Assembly (NCBI GenBank): GCA_964016885.1
Contig: OZ024741.1
Location: forward strand, 91,264,001-91,328,000
Origin: Eledone cirrhosa
Taxonomy: Eukaryota
Direction: 5' to 3'
DNA: 64,000 bases
Below, piece after piece: positions 38,716-51,525 of the stretch. Made by a program: the position numbers and the translations under genes. How positions within the stretch are numbered: the stretch's first letter is position 1; each line of letters opens with the position of its first letter. The notes beneath the pieces are model-generated. The model worked only from the letters and a program-made list of their open reading frames with translations. It had not been told where the DNA came from and searched no databases.

Positions 38716-40529
38716 ACACCGCTCTCACCCGCGCCCGTGCTGTCCACCGCTCCACCACCCTCACCCCACGCCACCGCACACCCACCCACCGTCTCCCCTT
38801 CCCCATCACCTACCACCCCTTCACCTTACCCCTCCACCGCACCATCCGCCGCCTCTTCCGACGCCTCCAGTCCGACCCCTCCACATCCTACATCTTCCCA
38901 ACCTCACCACTCCCCTCCTTCAAACGCGCACGCAATCTCCGCACCCTCCTCGTCCACAGCTCCCTACCCCCAACCCACGCTCTGTTCCCCCCCCGATTCC
39001 TTTCCCTGTTCTAGGCCCCGCTGCAACACCTGTCCCCACATCACCAACACCACCACCTTCCAGGGTCCCAACGGCCACTCTCTCTCTGTCCGGCATGCCT
39101 TCCGCTGCACCTCCTCCAACCTAGTCTACGGACTTATGTCGGATAGACGGGACGTCGCCTGGCGGACCGATTCACTGAGCACCTCCGGGATATTCGTCTC
39201 GGTGGTAGTTCCCCCATCGCCCGCCACTTTGGTGGCCCTGGACATTCCGCACGCCATCTCACAGTCTGTGGCCTACTCCAATGCCACGGAACACCCGCCC
39301 ATCGCCTTAGAGTCGAACAAAGAACTATCTTCATCTTACAGACCCACACTCCCCCCGGCCTGAACTCCCCACCCTTATTCCTTTAGCCTTCGACCGCCCC
39401 CCTCCCCCCACACTTATCCCCCACTAACACCACTAACACACCCCTCCTTTTCACCGCCCACCCCACAACTAACAATACTAACACCTCCACTCCACCCCTC
39501 ATCCGACCACCCTTCCCCAACTAACATACTAACATCTCTCCCTTCTTCTCCCCCTCCTTATCACACGCACACACCCACCGGCACATATATACACGCGCTC
39601 ACACTAAACACACACCCTACTACCACCACTAACCCTCACCCCCACACCTCCATCCCACCACCCCGCAACTAACCTCACTAACACGCCCTGACCCCAAGCA
39701 CACGAACACACGCACCCACTTACACCACCCACCCCACACGCAACTAACATCACTAACACCCCCCAACCCCACGCACACGTACCCACAGACCCTCGTATAC
39801 CACCAACTCTACACACCCTACCACCACTAACCCCCACTCACACCTGCATTCAACCCTTTCCCCACCTCCCGTATACTAACACCCCCTTCATCAAACTACA
39901 CACACACCAGTACACCACACTCCCTCCATAGAACTACACACACCCTTCTCTCCCCGTTCCACCCACACCCTCGCTCCACACTCACTCATCCCACTAACAC
40001 CTCTACTAATACACACACACACCCTCCTCACTCCAACTTTCACACCTACCCATCCTCTCCCCTTTACCATTCCACCCGACTGCTGCTATGCCCTCTGACC
40101 ACCTCCCAGCACAAACAGACACACAGCACTCCCACCGCTTGACCACTTCCTGTTGCGCGCGCACCCCACATCTCTCCTCTTCCGACCATCTCTTCATGGA
40201 ATACTCATATGTGGAACTTGACCACCACGGAATCTACTAAACATCTTAGGAATTTACCAACATTTCAACCATCCTCTTACGGAATCACCTATATAACTCA
40301 CCCACCCACACACCAAAAAATTTTTTTTCTCCCACACGCCACCTACATCCACAACACGCTTAAACCCCACACACACATGCTTTCCACCACATATTTACAC
40401 CCTCAGCCTCCTGATTCCTCTCCCCCCACCCCTCTATCCACACACGCACAGACACTCTGACTTACAACCCCCCCCCACACACACCTCTTCCTGAACATGC
40501 AACCCCGTTCTTCCCCCAACCCTTACTTT

Positions 40530-40560
<31 letters not shown>

Positions 40561-40979
40561 GTACACCTACACACACACACCACCTTCAGCCCTCCCCGCT
40601 CGGACAACCCATCTCCCTCTCCCCACTCCACCCGCCACCACCCCTACACACCCACACCCTTCCACCACCTGTTTTACCCCTTTTTAATTTCAGTTTATTT
40701 TGATCATGCTTTTATATTTATTTTTATTTCATTCCTTTTCTTTTGATCATGCTTTATTTTTATTTTTATTTTTAATTTCATTCGCACCGTTTCCTTTCGC
40801 TATATGTCTCTCCACCACTCCCCTACACACCCTTTGAACTCTGTTCCCACACATTTCTCACCTGAGGAAGGGCTTATGCCCGAAACGTCGTTCCCCACCA
40901 CCACCCCACTTTCCAGAGCGTGAAATTAATAAACATTCGTTGTACTGCCTCTCTGTTTTGTTCCTGTTCAAATTTTTCC

Positions 40980-40981
<2 letters not shown>
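38713..40981 (+). mobile_element. Neptune-like PLE 3' portion (GIY-YIG, long C/A-rich 3'UTR, pLTR)
   Basis: FPCSRPRCNTC, FRCTSSNLVY, then frameshifted YVG*TGRRLADRFTEH..IARHF..GH..EQRTIF.L.T..PPGLN; flanked by (TA)n on both sides. Confidence 0.85.
40858..40893 (+). ncRNA. Minimal type I hammerhead ribozyme (PLE type)
   Basis: CTGAGGA-A-GGGC-TTAT-GCCC-GAAACGTC: intact core, stem II, palindromic ACGT mini stem III, GUC site; stem I only ~2 bp. Confidence 0.8.
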
Positions 40982-41018
<37 letters not shown>

Positions 41019-42202
41019 TATATATATATTAATAATAATAATAAAAATAATAATATATATATACTATTATATAAGATGTTTACCAACCAACACTCCAATC
41101 TGTAAACGATGATGCAATTAGATTTAAGCATCAATTATGTGTGTATCCTTCCAAATGCAATTTCCTAGTTCGTCACAAAGTATAAATGTGATAATGATCA
41201 TTGCAAAGGCCAAATTTAAGAAATTCATAACTCATTTTATTTAGAATCCATCATAATAAATTTCTGTGATGTTCATAATTACGCATTGTAGTAATCACGC
41301 AACAACCAGCATGACTTCATCAGACATCATCTTAAGTAATAAGGTTGTTATTAAAATATAGCTCCTTAACTGTTAAGTGCTTAATGATGTAAGTAGGAAG
41401 TGAAGACCATTACTATATCGGCAACCTTTAGATATCCCTACACCACGAGTACACTCAATCAATCTTCTTATGTGTGAACACCTATAATCAAATGGTTATT
41501 CGATAAACAGACCTTCATTTTTGGCTGGGGGATTAGAGAAACAAAATCAGTGTAAATCCCCTTGTCATCTTGTAAGAGTCATAGCTCTGACATAACCCCG
41601 TGACAAAATTTATTAATGGAACTTGAAACATCCCTACCACTCCCTCGTGCAACCCCACCATCAGGTCCTATACTCGTCTCATTGGAAAAATAGACCACTA
41701 GTAAATAAACTAAAATATACACAGAGTCCAGCTAAACCAGCATACTAATTGTTGAACACACCTCCATGGCAAATTTACTGTTGCTATACTAGGGCAATGG
41801 CAATAGTAGTGAGAAATCTTACTCGTTAAATCTAATGCATATTTCACACCTTATCAAAGTAATTGTTATCCTATAAATCTATCCTATACCCAGTGTGCTT
41901 ACATAACATCCTTCACTTACTGTGGGAGTTAGTAATATTTAACAATGTGACTTCATTATATTGTACACTCCCCTTGTCCATTGCACTACTGAGAAAATAT
42001 GCAACTTCAATTATATTCCCTATTAACTTTTATCAAATAGCAATGTTCATAATTAACCCTTTATAAACTTTACAAACTTCATCTAACAATTTTATATTCA
42101 TTCCTATAAATTTACCTTTATTTTTATTATTCATTTTTCATTTGTACTTTCTCCTTTTTGTATTTATCATATTTATACAAATATATTTAATTGTTAATTA
42201 CG

Positions 42203-44853
42203 GTGATGGGGTTTTCAGCGTAACTGGCTACAACTTGTTTCATAAAGACCGCATTAATCATGCTGGTGGTGGTGGTGTAAGGGTCTATGTTCGGTCAAAT
42301 TTTTCAGCAATATCTTGTGTTGATTTGAACCATTCGCAGCAAGAAGTATTATTCTGCGATATACATATGACCATATCAACACTGCTACTTGGAGTCGTTT
42401 ACCGACCCCAAAAATTACCATCAGGACACTCAACTTTGTGATATCCTCAGAGTTGCTGCCAGGAAAATAGCCACTTATGTTTTTATTGCAGAAGACCTCA
42501 ATCACCCTGAGATTGACTGGGAAACCTTTCATTGTCCACAAGTGCAAATGATTTCCTTGAGCTAGTGCTGGACTCAAACTGGTCTCAAGTAGTCACCTCC
42601 CCAACAAGAGGTGACAACACTTTGGATCTACTCTTCACCACTACTCCTGAAATGGTTATTAGTGTTACTACTGAGGAACCTTTAGGTGACTCTGATGCAC
42701 CGAGCTGCAACGTCCAAACTGGCTTGAGTTTTACGATTCTGAAGATGTCAACACTGTACTCCAGAACATCATGTGCAGCATCGGTGCCACATAAGCAGAA
42801 AAAACATCCCAAAAGTGCAATTTGGGAGACAGCAGCAGTCCGTCTTGCCAGGAAAGAACGTTGTAATGCTGAACGTGAGTACAAACTGCATAAATCAGAT
42901 ATCAATAGGAAAAAGCAAAATAAATCATCTAACCATCTTAAGCAGGTAACAAAAAAGACAGTGTTTGAATTTGAGCAGTGCATAACAACTACCCTGACAG
43001 TAATGTGTTCTGGAAGTATGTTCATTCAAAGCAGAGGCCTTACTCTCCAGTTGGTCCTCTTCGCAATCCCCGCACAAGCCAGGTTACTGACGATTCCAAG
43101 GAATGCGCAGAACTCATTGCTGAATGCTATGCAGGCATTTTCACTGTTGAAGACCAGAGTGTACCATCTCCACCACTTCTGACATCGCATTCTATTACAA
43201 CAATGGAATTTACACCTGCAATGCTGCAATGTCACCTTAAAAATAAACACAATGATGCCTCTCCTGGTCTTGATGGTCTTACGTACCTACTTCTCAAACG
43301 TGGTGGGTACTTCCTTCTGCACCAGTTATCACGCTTCTTCCAATTTTGTCTGAATAACGGTGCCCTGAGCACTGGAAAACTGCCAGTGTAATTCCTCTGT
43401 TCAAAAAGGGTGATCGCACATCACCTGTCAACTATTGTCCAGTCAGTCTTATTAGCTGCATTGCCAAACTGATGAAATCTTGTGTCAGAGAAACACTTTT
43501 AACTTCTGGAACTCTCACAGTCTTATCCAGCCCTAGCAATTTGGATTTATCCCTAACTCCAGCTGCTGTGATCAACTTATTGAGTTTCTTGAGGACATCA
43601 CCTGGATCACTGATGGCAGCTCATGGGTGGATGTTGTTTACCATGACTTGGCTAAAGCTTTCAATTCTGTGCCGCACAAAAGACTTATGGCAAAACTCTC
43701 TGCAGTGGGTGTGAAGGATGATCTTTTTAACTGGTTGAAGTCCTTCATTCTCAGTCGAAGAGAGGTAGTCACCGTTCTAGGACAGCATTCCTCACTGTAT
43801 GAGATGTCATATGGTGTACCACAGGGATCTATTCTTGGCCCCCTTTTGTTTGTGGCATATATTAATGACATAGATGCCAACTTAAAGAATGCCACAGTAC
43901 TGAAATATGCAGATGACATCAAGCTGTACCTTCAGATAAAAAGGACAGATCCTGAACACTATAGATCTTTTCTGCAATCTGACCTGGACACAATTCAACA
44001 ATGGATCATGGACTGGCAACTCAAGTTGGCTGTGAACAAGTGTACCACCATGCATTTTGGGAACAAAAACCCAGCGTCTACATACTCCTTCCACAACACT
44101 AATATCACGAAGTCTTCTTGTGAACGTAACCTGGGCATTATTGTCAGCAGCGATCTGCATTGGACAAAGCACGTCTCTAAAATTGTCACGAAGACCGAGG
44201 GTGTCTTAGCATCATTCATCACAAAGACCTTTGTCTGCCGCTCTCCAACTATCTATTTAAAGTTCTATATAGCTGTGGTGCAGCCACACTTAGAATTTGC
44301 ATCACCGGTCTGGAACCCCTATCTTGCTCAGAACATTGACCGCCTGGAAACTGTTCAGAGATGTGCAACCAAGCGAATACCTTCCATCTGGCATCTACCA
44401 TACCCCGAAAGCTTTGCTTCCTGGGAATGGATACATTGAAGCTCTGACGTCTGGCAACTGACTTCGTAAAGACCCACAAAATTATTAACCATCTTGCCAA
44501 CAACAACCCTGTGTGCCTTTTTGATTTCCATGCGTCTAACACACGTGGGCATGTCAACAAAGTAAAAAAACAGCACAGTTCTCATGACTTTTGGAAACAT
44601 TTTTTCACGCTCAGAGTTGCTGAAGCATGGAACAAACTATCTGCATCAGTTATTAGCTGTGGAGACACTGCATCCTTTAAAACTGCCATGCTTCCTGAGA
44701 TTCGCCAACACTATACCTGATACCCCACCTCCATACACACGCACACATGCATTTCATGACACTTGTACATTATTCTATGTACTATACATGCACCTTTGAT
44801 GAGTTGTAGTGCACCTGAGCACTGTACACAATAATTTCATCATTATTATTATT
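42203..44853 (+). mobile_element. CR1-clade LINE copy B, inverted relative to copy A
   Basis: ORF 43627-44439 has RT motifs (DLAKAFNSVPH, GVPQGSILGP, YADD); APE fragment at 42240-42700; same 3' end as copy A. Confidence 0.92.
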
Positions 44854-44861
44854 TAATAAAG

Positions 44862-45065
44862 GGCGGTGGATTGACAGTATCGGTAGAGAGTCGGACGCCA
44901 TGCTTTGCAATATAGAGTCCTTTAAGATCTGAGTTAAAATCCCGCCGAGGTTGAGGTTAACTTTGCCTTTCATCCTTACGGGGTCGATAAAATAAAGTAC
45001 CAGTCACGCTCTAGGGTCAATTTAATCGACTTTTCTCTCCCCCAAAGTTACTGGCCTAGTGCTTA
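44862..45065 (+). mobile_element. SINE family A
   Basis: GGCGGTGGATTG head and family core. Confidence 0.82.
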
Positions 45066-45297
45066 ATTAATAATGCATTAATTTCATGTAATAGTCCTTT
45101 GTACATACATCAATACCAGGTAGTACTGTATATATTTGAATATAAATTGATTCAAATATAATCTGCTCTTATTCTATGTCTGAGAAAGAGGCTAAAAATC
45201 CAAACCCTGTTTAAATGTTGCAGTTTTGATATTCTCATGCGTGGAGAATATATTTATGAAGTTTTAATATTTAAAATGTTTTAAATGTTGTTTAGAG

Positions 45298-45666
45298 CAG
45301 TGGTTGCCAACCGGTGGTCTAAGAAAATTTTTGTAATCCACAGAAAAATTTGGATATTATTTGCAATTTTCATGTTTTATTAATAATAAAACAAAAATAA
45401 TATTTGGTTAAAATATATTTTATGACACCCCAAAAAATGTTTCTCCTCAGTAAAGAACTAACATCCATGCAATAATTTTATACACATGCATCATCTATTG
45501 ACAATTTGCTACACGCACGCTTCAGTATTGTTTAATAAAATGGAAGTTCCCTGATCATTATTTTACAAATGTATTTATCTTTTTAAAAAAATTCATATTA
45601 GTGGTCTGCGTGTTTTAAAATTATGAATTTAGTGGTCCGTGAGGTCCGAAAGGTTGGTGACCACTG
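45298..45666. mobile_element. hAT-type MITE
   Basis: TIRs CAGTGGTTGCCAACC / GGTTGGTGACCACTG; degenerate 8-bp TSD GTTTAGAG / GCTTAAAG. Confidence 0.78.
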
Positions 45667-45820
45667 GCTTAAAGTATAGATTTTATTTCACAACTTCATT
45701 ACATAATCATTTTTTACCAATTTCTGACCATTTTGGAGGTCATATTTATTCAAAACACACCAAAAACCACGGGAAATATGAATTTCATGTCGAAAGTGAA
45801 ACCAATATATATACAGCTTC

Positions 45821-45989
45821 AAAGTGAAACCAGTGTAATATTCAGCCCCAAAGTGAAACCAGTGTAATATTCAGCCCCAAAGTGAAACCAGTGTAATATT
45901 CAGCCCCAAAGTGAAACCAGTGTAATATTCAGCCCCAAAGTGAAACCAGTGTAATATTCAGCCCCAAAGTGAAACCAGTGTAATATTCA
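45821..45989. repeat. 29-bp minisatellite, ~5.8 identical copies
   Basis: Unit AAAGTGAAACCAGTGTAATATTCAGCCCC. Confidence 0.95.
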
Positions 45990-46369
45990 CAAGCTTTTTG
46001 TCACATATTTCTTGGCTTATATACGAATTACAGTAATTGTTGAATGTGTACATAGGGGTGTTGATTTGTGTATGTACATATGCATGTGTACGAGCATATG
46101 TATATGCATTTGTGTACATGCGCCTGTGTGTGTGGAACTGATAATATGTCATACAGTTTCTCCATTCACACCACAATTTCTGCACTTATCACTTTCTACT
46201 GTGTGGTCTGTTATTATTTTTAAATGTTTATTTTTTAGTCTTCTTTATAAATATTTCTCTTACACAAAAAAAACACATGGTACCATCCTATACTGTCCTT
46301 ATTGTCCTCTTATTGTAAGCCCTGTGTGGATAATAAAGAAAATATTATACACATACCCACACTCACACC

Positions 46370-46414
<45 letters not shown>

Positions 46415-48503
46415 GCACATACACAAATATATACATGGGTGTGTTTATGTCCTGTCCAATCCTTGCAAACATGGAAAAAAATGGATGTAAAACCGTTAAT
46501 GATGAGGATGTATATTTATATAAATATATATGAAGTGTTCACAGTATTGAGACAGGGAAGACCTCAGAGCAGAGTAGTTGTCAATGTATGTTTTAATACA
46601 GAGTTGGTATAGTAATTAGTAAAAGTCCAGTGGTGGGCCCACACCATTTCAGCTTGCCAGAAAAATTACTGTCTTTGACTTGTTTATTCTTAAACAAAAT
46701 CCAAAGTGAGGCTAACCTTTTCAGGGGAGATAATAAATGTTTCAAATCAATTTTATAGTGTTTTGTTATTTGGGAATGTATGAGTGCCATGGTTACTGCA
46801 CTTTATGTTCAGTTTAACTAAGGGTGTGGCAACATTCTATTACAGAGGTGCTGGGATTATGGTAAAGGGTGTGTTAGCATCATAATATTGGAATCCTTCA
46901 AATTGATGGAGGAATCATTTGATGGAGGAATCAAAGCAAGGCTATGGTTTTATTGTGTGTTTGGATATTCATTAAAGTGCCCATAACTAGTTCAACCAGT
47001 TGTTGGGGTGCTAATCTAAAATGCTTGACTGTGTGTCCATCATGGCATTTCAATGGGTCTTAGGAATACTTGCCAATGCTTTTCTCCTTTCCAAGTGTCC
47101 AGTGCCTCACTATGTTTATTCTGCCAGGAGATTCAGTGAAAAGGGTGTAATTGAAAAATATCTTGGAATCAAAAGTAAGAGGCAGGTGAGAACCAGTGTA
47201 CCAGTCCATCATCATATGTCTGTTTAAATATGGTGACAATATGTTAGCTTAGATACACTGAATATACATGAACTAGTGTACATATACACAAGCACTCACA
47301 CATTCTCACATGCACTCACCTATACAAACATATATGCAACTCAAATACATGCACACATATACATTCCACATAAATATATATGTGTATAATTTTTTTGCGA
47401 ACATATGACATCTGAAAGTGTACACACATACACACACACACACACATGCGTGCACACACATTTTAATATTGCATATTAAACAAAATAATTTTGCTTCCCC
47501 AAACCCCTATCTGTCCTGTCTTATCCAATGTATATCTCTTGTTTATGGATAATAGTTGCCCGTCACAGATGAAGCACAGCAATAAAACAAGCAAATAAAC
47601 AAATAACAACTTAGTATTAAAATGCCACAGAGCTTATAGACTAATATCTATTTTTGTAACCAAAACTACATTATTTTTATCTCATTTCAAACCAAAAATA
47701 GTAATTTATCACTTTTCAAAAGACATATGACTCTATAATGATTTATTTCAAAATTTCATAGATTTTTTATCAATGGCATCGTTCCACTTGGGAAGTTTAT
47801 GTCGAGAAGTCTTTATGCATTTCTGGAATGGACCTCCATTGGTTCCAGTTGTTTGAACAATAGAACAATTTTGCTTGTGAAATTAACTGGCAAGTGGCTG
47901 AGCATTCTATAGACATGTGTACCAGTAACTTAATTTCTCATGGAGATGTATTGGTGACCCCCCAAAAAAGCACCCAGTCTACACTGTAAAGTGGTTGTGT
48001 AGTCGTCACAACAAAAAGCACCCAATCCACACTGTAAGGTAGTCGTGTAGTCATCACGACAAAAAGCACCTATTCCACACTGTCAATTGGTCATGTTGTC
48101 ATCATAACAAAAAGCACCCAGTAGTCACTGTAAATGAGGTTGACACTAGGAAGGACATCGAGCTGTAGAAACCAAGCCCAAATCAGTTCTGTATGTGCAG
48201 GACATGGTCACCTTACTCGGCATTGCTCACAATAGGATAACTTGTCTAACCCATGTCAGCGTGGAAAAAAAAATGTTAAACGGTGATGATGATGATGGTG
48301 ATGATCAGCAAAGGCTGGCCCTTTGTATTACCAGTACAGTCCATCTAATTTTGTCAATCAGTAGACAAAAATAAAACAAGTATTCTGTTTCTCATTTACT
48401 AAATTAGTAGTACTTATTTTTCTTTCAATTCTGGCACTTGTTTCATCTATCTCTTTTTTATGGGACATAAACTAACAGTATAAACACAGACATGAAAAAC
48501 ATA

Positions 48504-48935
48504 CACAGTATCCCCACAAAATGTATACACACTGTGATTATCTGTACAGGCAATATTTATAAGAATGCACAGCCTTTCCCAAAAGTAAAATAATCTACAG
48601 ATATAATTCCATTGTATGGAAACACCTCAAAATGTTTACATAATTTCAATAATTGTTTCTACTTTTGGCACAAGGCCAGCAATTACCTGTACATTAATGG
48701 TACTTTATTTTATCGATCCCGTAAGGATGGAAGGAAAAGTTAACCTCAACGGGATTTGAACTCAGTCCGTAAAGGGACGTAACTATGCTGGAAAGCATGG
48801 TGTCCGACCTTCTACTGATACTGCCAATTCACCGCCACATAATTTAAATAATGCATGAAATGCATATAAAACAGAATTTATTTTAATGCATTTTTTAAAG
48901 ATTTGTTTGTGTATATCTTTTTTGGGGACACTCTG
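48504..48935. mobile_element. Tc1/mariner-type MITE with a nested SINE A (48652-48837)
   Basis: TA-flanked TIRs similar to those of the 61896 element (..TCCCCA.AAAATGTATACAC / GTGTATATCTTTTTTGGGGACACTCTG). Confidence 0.65.
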
Positions 48936-49788
48936 TATATATGATGGGCTTCCACACAGTTTCTGTCTACAACATTTCATTCACAAGGTATTGGTTAAGT
49001 GAAGTTTGTAGCTATATGGTAGAAGATATTTGCCATAGGTGTCTCAATTAATTCCTTAAACATACAGCCATGTCTGCACCTGAAATCTTTAAATATCAAT
49101 ATTATATACCCAATTCTTAAATATCAATACTATATACCCAAGAGGTTCTAGAACAATCTTTAGTATATGAAAAACAGAATACTTGTTATTGTTTTTCATG
49201 TCTATTTGGAATAGATTTTATGTAAATTGAGTATGTTGCTAGAATTGAAGTAAAATTTGAAACTGGGTGGGGAAAACCTTCAGGAAATGTTGATAGAATC
49301 ATACTGTAATATTTTCATATTTTTCAAGTATCATCAAATCTGTATTCAGCTTAACATTTGTATCTTTTTATTTTTGTGGAGGCAGGGTGACATATTGTAT
49401 TTTGAAACCATTATATTGATCTCAGGCAGTCATTTGGCAGAGTCATTAGAATATCAGATAGAATGCTTTGCAGCATTCATTCCAGCTTTCTGCATTCTCT
49501 GTAATCAAATCCCAAGAGATCAACTTTGCTTTTCATCCTTTGAAGATCAATAAAAAAAATACAACACTGGGGTCAGTTCTTTACTATAGCTCTTTCTCAC
49601 TTCTTCTCTATCAGTCTCTCTCCTTCTCTGGCAGAAATCAGCTGTGTCCAGGCCTGCAGATATAGGCTCTGTCAAGTTTAAAATGCCCATGTCACTACAG
49701 TGCCCCTATGGCTTAACCAGGAGTTATGCCCATGTCATTACAGTGCCCCTATGGCTTAACCCATACATACATACATACATATATACAT

Positions 49789-51525
49789 TACCAGAAGGGC
49801 ATCTTTCAGGGTGATAGCTTGTCAGTGCTACTCTTCGTTCTCTCACTGAATCCACTATCTTACCACTCAAGGTGGACAAAGAAGTGGGCCTAGAAGTATC
49901 TCCCATCTTTTCTTTGTTGACGACCTGAAGTTGTATGGGCCAAATATCAATGACATCAAGAAACAATTGGACCTCATTACACAATTTTCAACCGACATCA
50001 AAATGAAATTTGGTGAGTCCAAGTGTGCATATTTGGCAGTAAAACGTGGAAGAGCTGTGCCCTCCTCTAGAAATCTAGAGATGAACGGCCTGACAATACA
50101 ACCTCTACAGTCAGGTGACAACTACAGATATCTTGGACAGGATGAGAATGTCAGATATGATGGACCCATAAATAAGGAGAGAACCAGAACTGAATACCTC
50201 AGAAGAGTAAAGAAAATATGGTCATCAGAACTGTCAGCGTACAACAAATACATTGCCCACAATACTTATGCTGTGCCAATTCTAACGCCAACATTTGGCC
50301 TGCTGAACTGGTCATTGCAAGAACTAAGTGAGATGGATGTTAGAACTCGCAAACTTCTCAGTGTTACTGGGAACTTTAACATCAATGGTGATGTGGATAG
50401 GCTATACTTCTCACGCAAGGAAGGTGGCCGGGGTCTAAAATCAATATTAACAACATATGAGACCCGGATAGTAACACTGAAGCAACACCTTCAACAGAGG
50501 AAAAAGGTTGGCAACCATCTTGCCCAAGTTTATGAGCATGAAAAAAAAATATCATTAGAATAGCGACTGATCTGGAGGAGAGATATGGAATAAAGCCTGA
50601 TATAAATCTTTCACCCAGAGAAATCGGAAGATCCTATTCAATGTTCAAACAAGATAAAAAAATTGACCAATTTACAGAAAAAGTTGTGCATGGATACTTG
50701 AGGCGTAAAACACAGACCATAGAGGGGATAAACCACTCAAAAAGCCTGGCATGGAGTTCCGACAAGTTTATGACATCACACCTTGAGGGATATCTCTATG
50801 CAATACAGGAACAAGAACTCCCTACCAAATATCTGCTGCACAAAAGAGGAGGGTCCAGCAGCTACCAATAAATGTAGGCTATGTAAAACAAAGATCGAGG
50901 ATGTAAGCCACATTGTTGCCAGCTGCGAAAGAATGTCATCTCGCTACTACCTCCCCATGAGACACGATGGGATAGCTAGAACCATCTGGAACGCACTTCG
51001 GAAAACAAAATTAACAACAAATGAGGAAGAATATATTGAGACAGATGGCACTAAGGAATACTGGTGGAACCTGAAAATAAAAACTGCCACCAAATTAAAG
51101 CACAACCGGCCTGATATTGTTGTTTGGGACCACACATTGAAAACCTGTTCTGTTGAGGAGATCAGCTGCCCACTTGATGTAAACGTTGTCAGAAAAATAC
51201 AGGAGAAGGAGGACATCTACGGACCATTGATGAGGAGTTTACAAATCCAGTATCCAAGATACACCTTTAGCTTCATAGCCATCATTATTGGAGCTACGGG
51301 TTATATACCAACCCGCTTGGATCAAAGTATGACTGAACTTGGATTTGCGGACAAAAAGCGCAGCTCCCTAATTCATAGTCTACAAATGGCTGCGATAGCT
51401 GGCATCTTCAAAATTTGCAAAACATTCTTGCGATTCAAGGGATGACAATTTCTTTTCTTTTACAATCTTGCCACCAGAAAGGTGGCCGGTCAAAAAAATA
51501 TACTCGAAATTAAGAGAAAGAGATA
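49789..51525 (+). mobile_element. R4/Dong-clade non-LTR retrotransposon, 5'-truncated (RT, CCHC, restriction-like endonuclease)
   Basis: GIFQGDSLS.LLF.L.LNPLS, HLFFVDDLKL, RKEGGRGL, CRLC..HIVASC, RHD, HNRPDIVVWD, EISCP. Confidence 0.9.

Noticed and set aside
45821-45989. CRISPR-like 29-bp repeats
   Set aside because: Head-to-tail copies with no spacers, no cas genes, eukaryotic context
46593-47227. Unique-looking segment with short ORFs
   Set aside because: No recognisable motif or convincing splice signals
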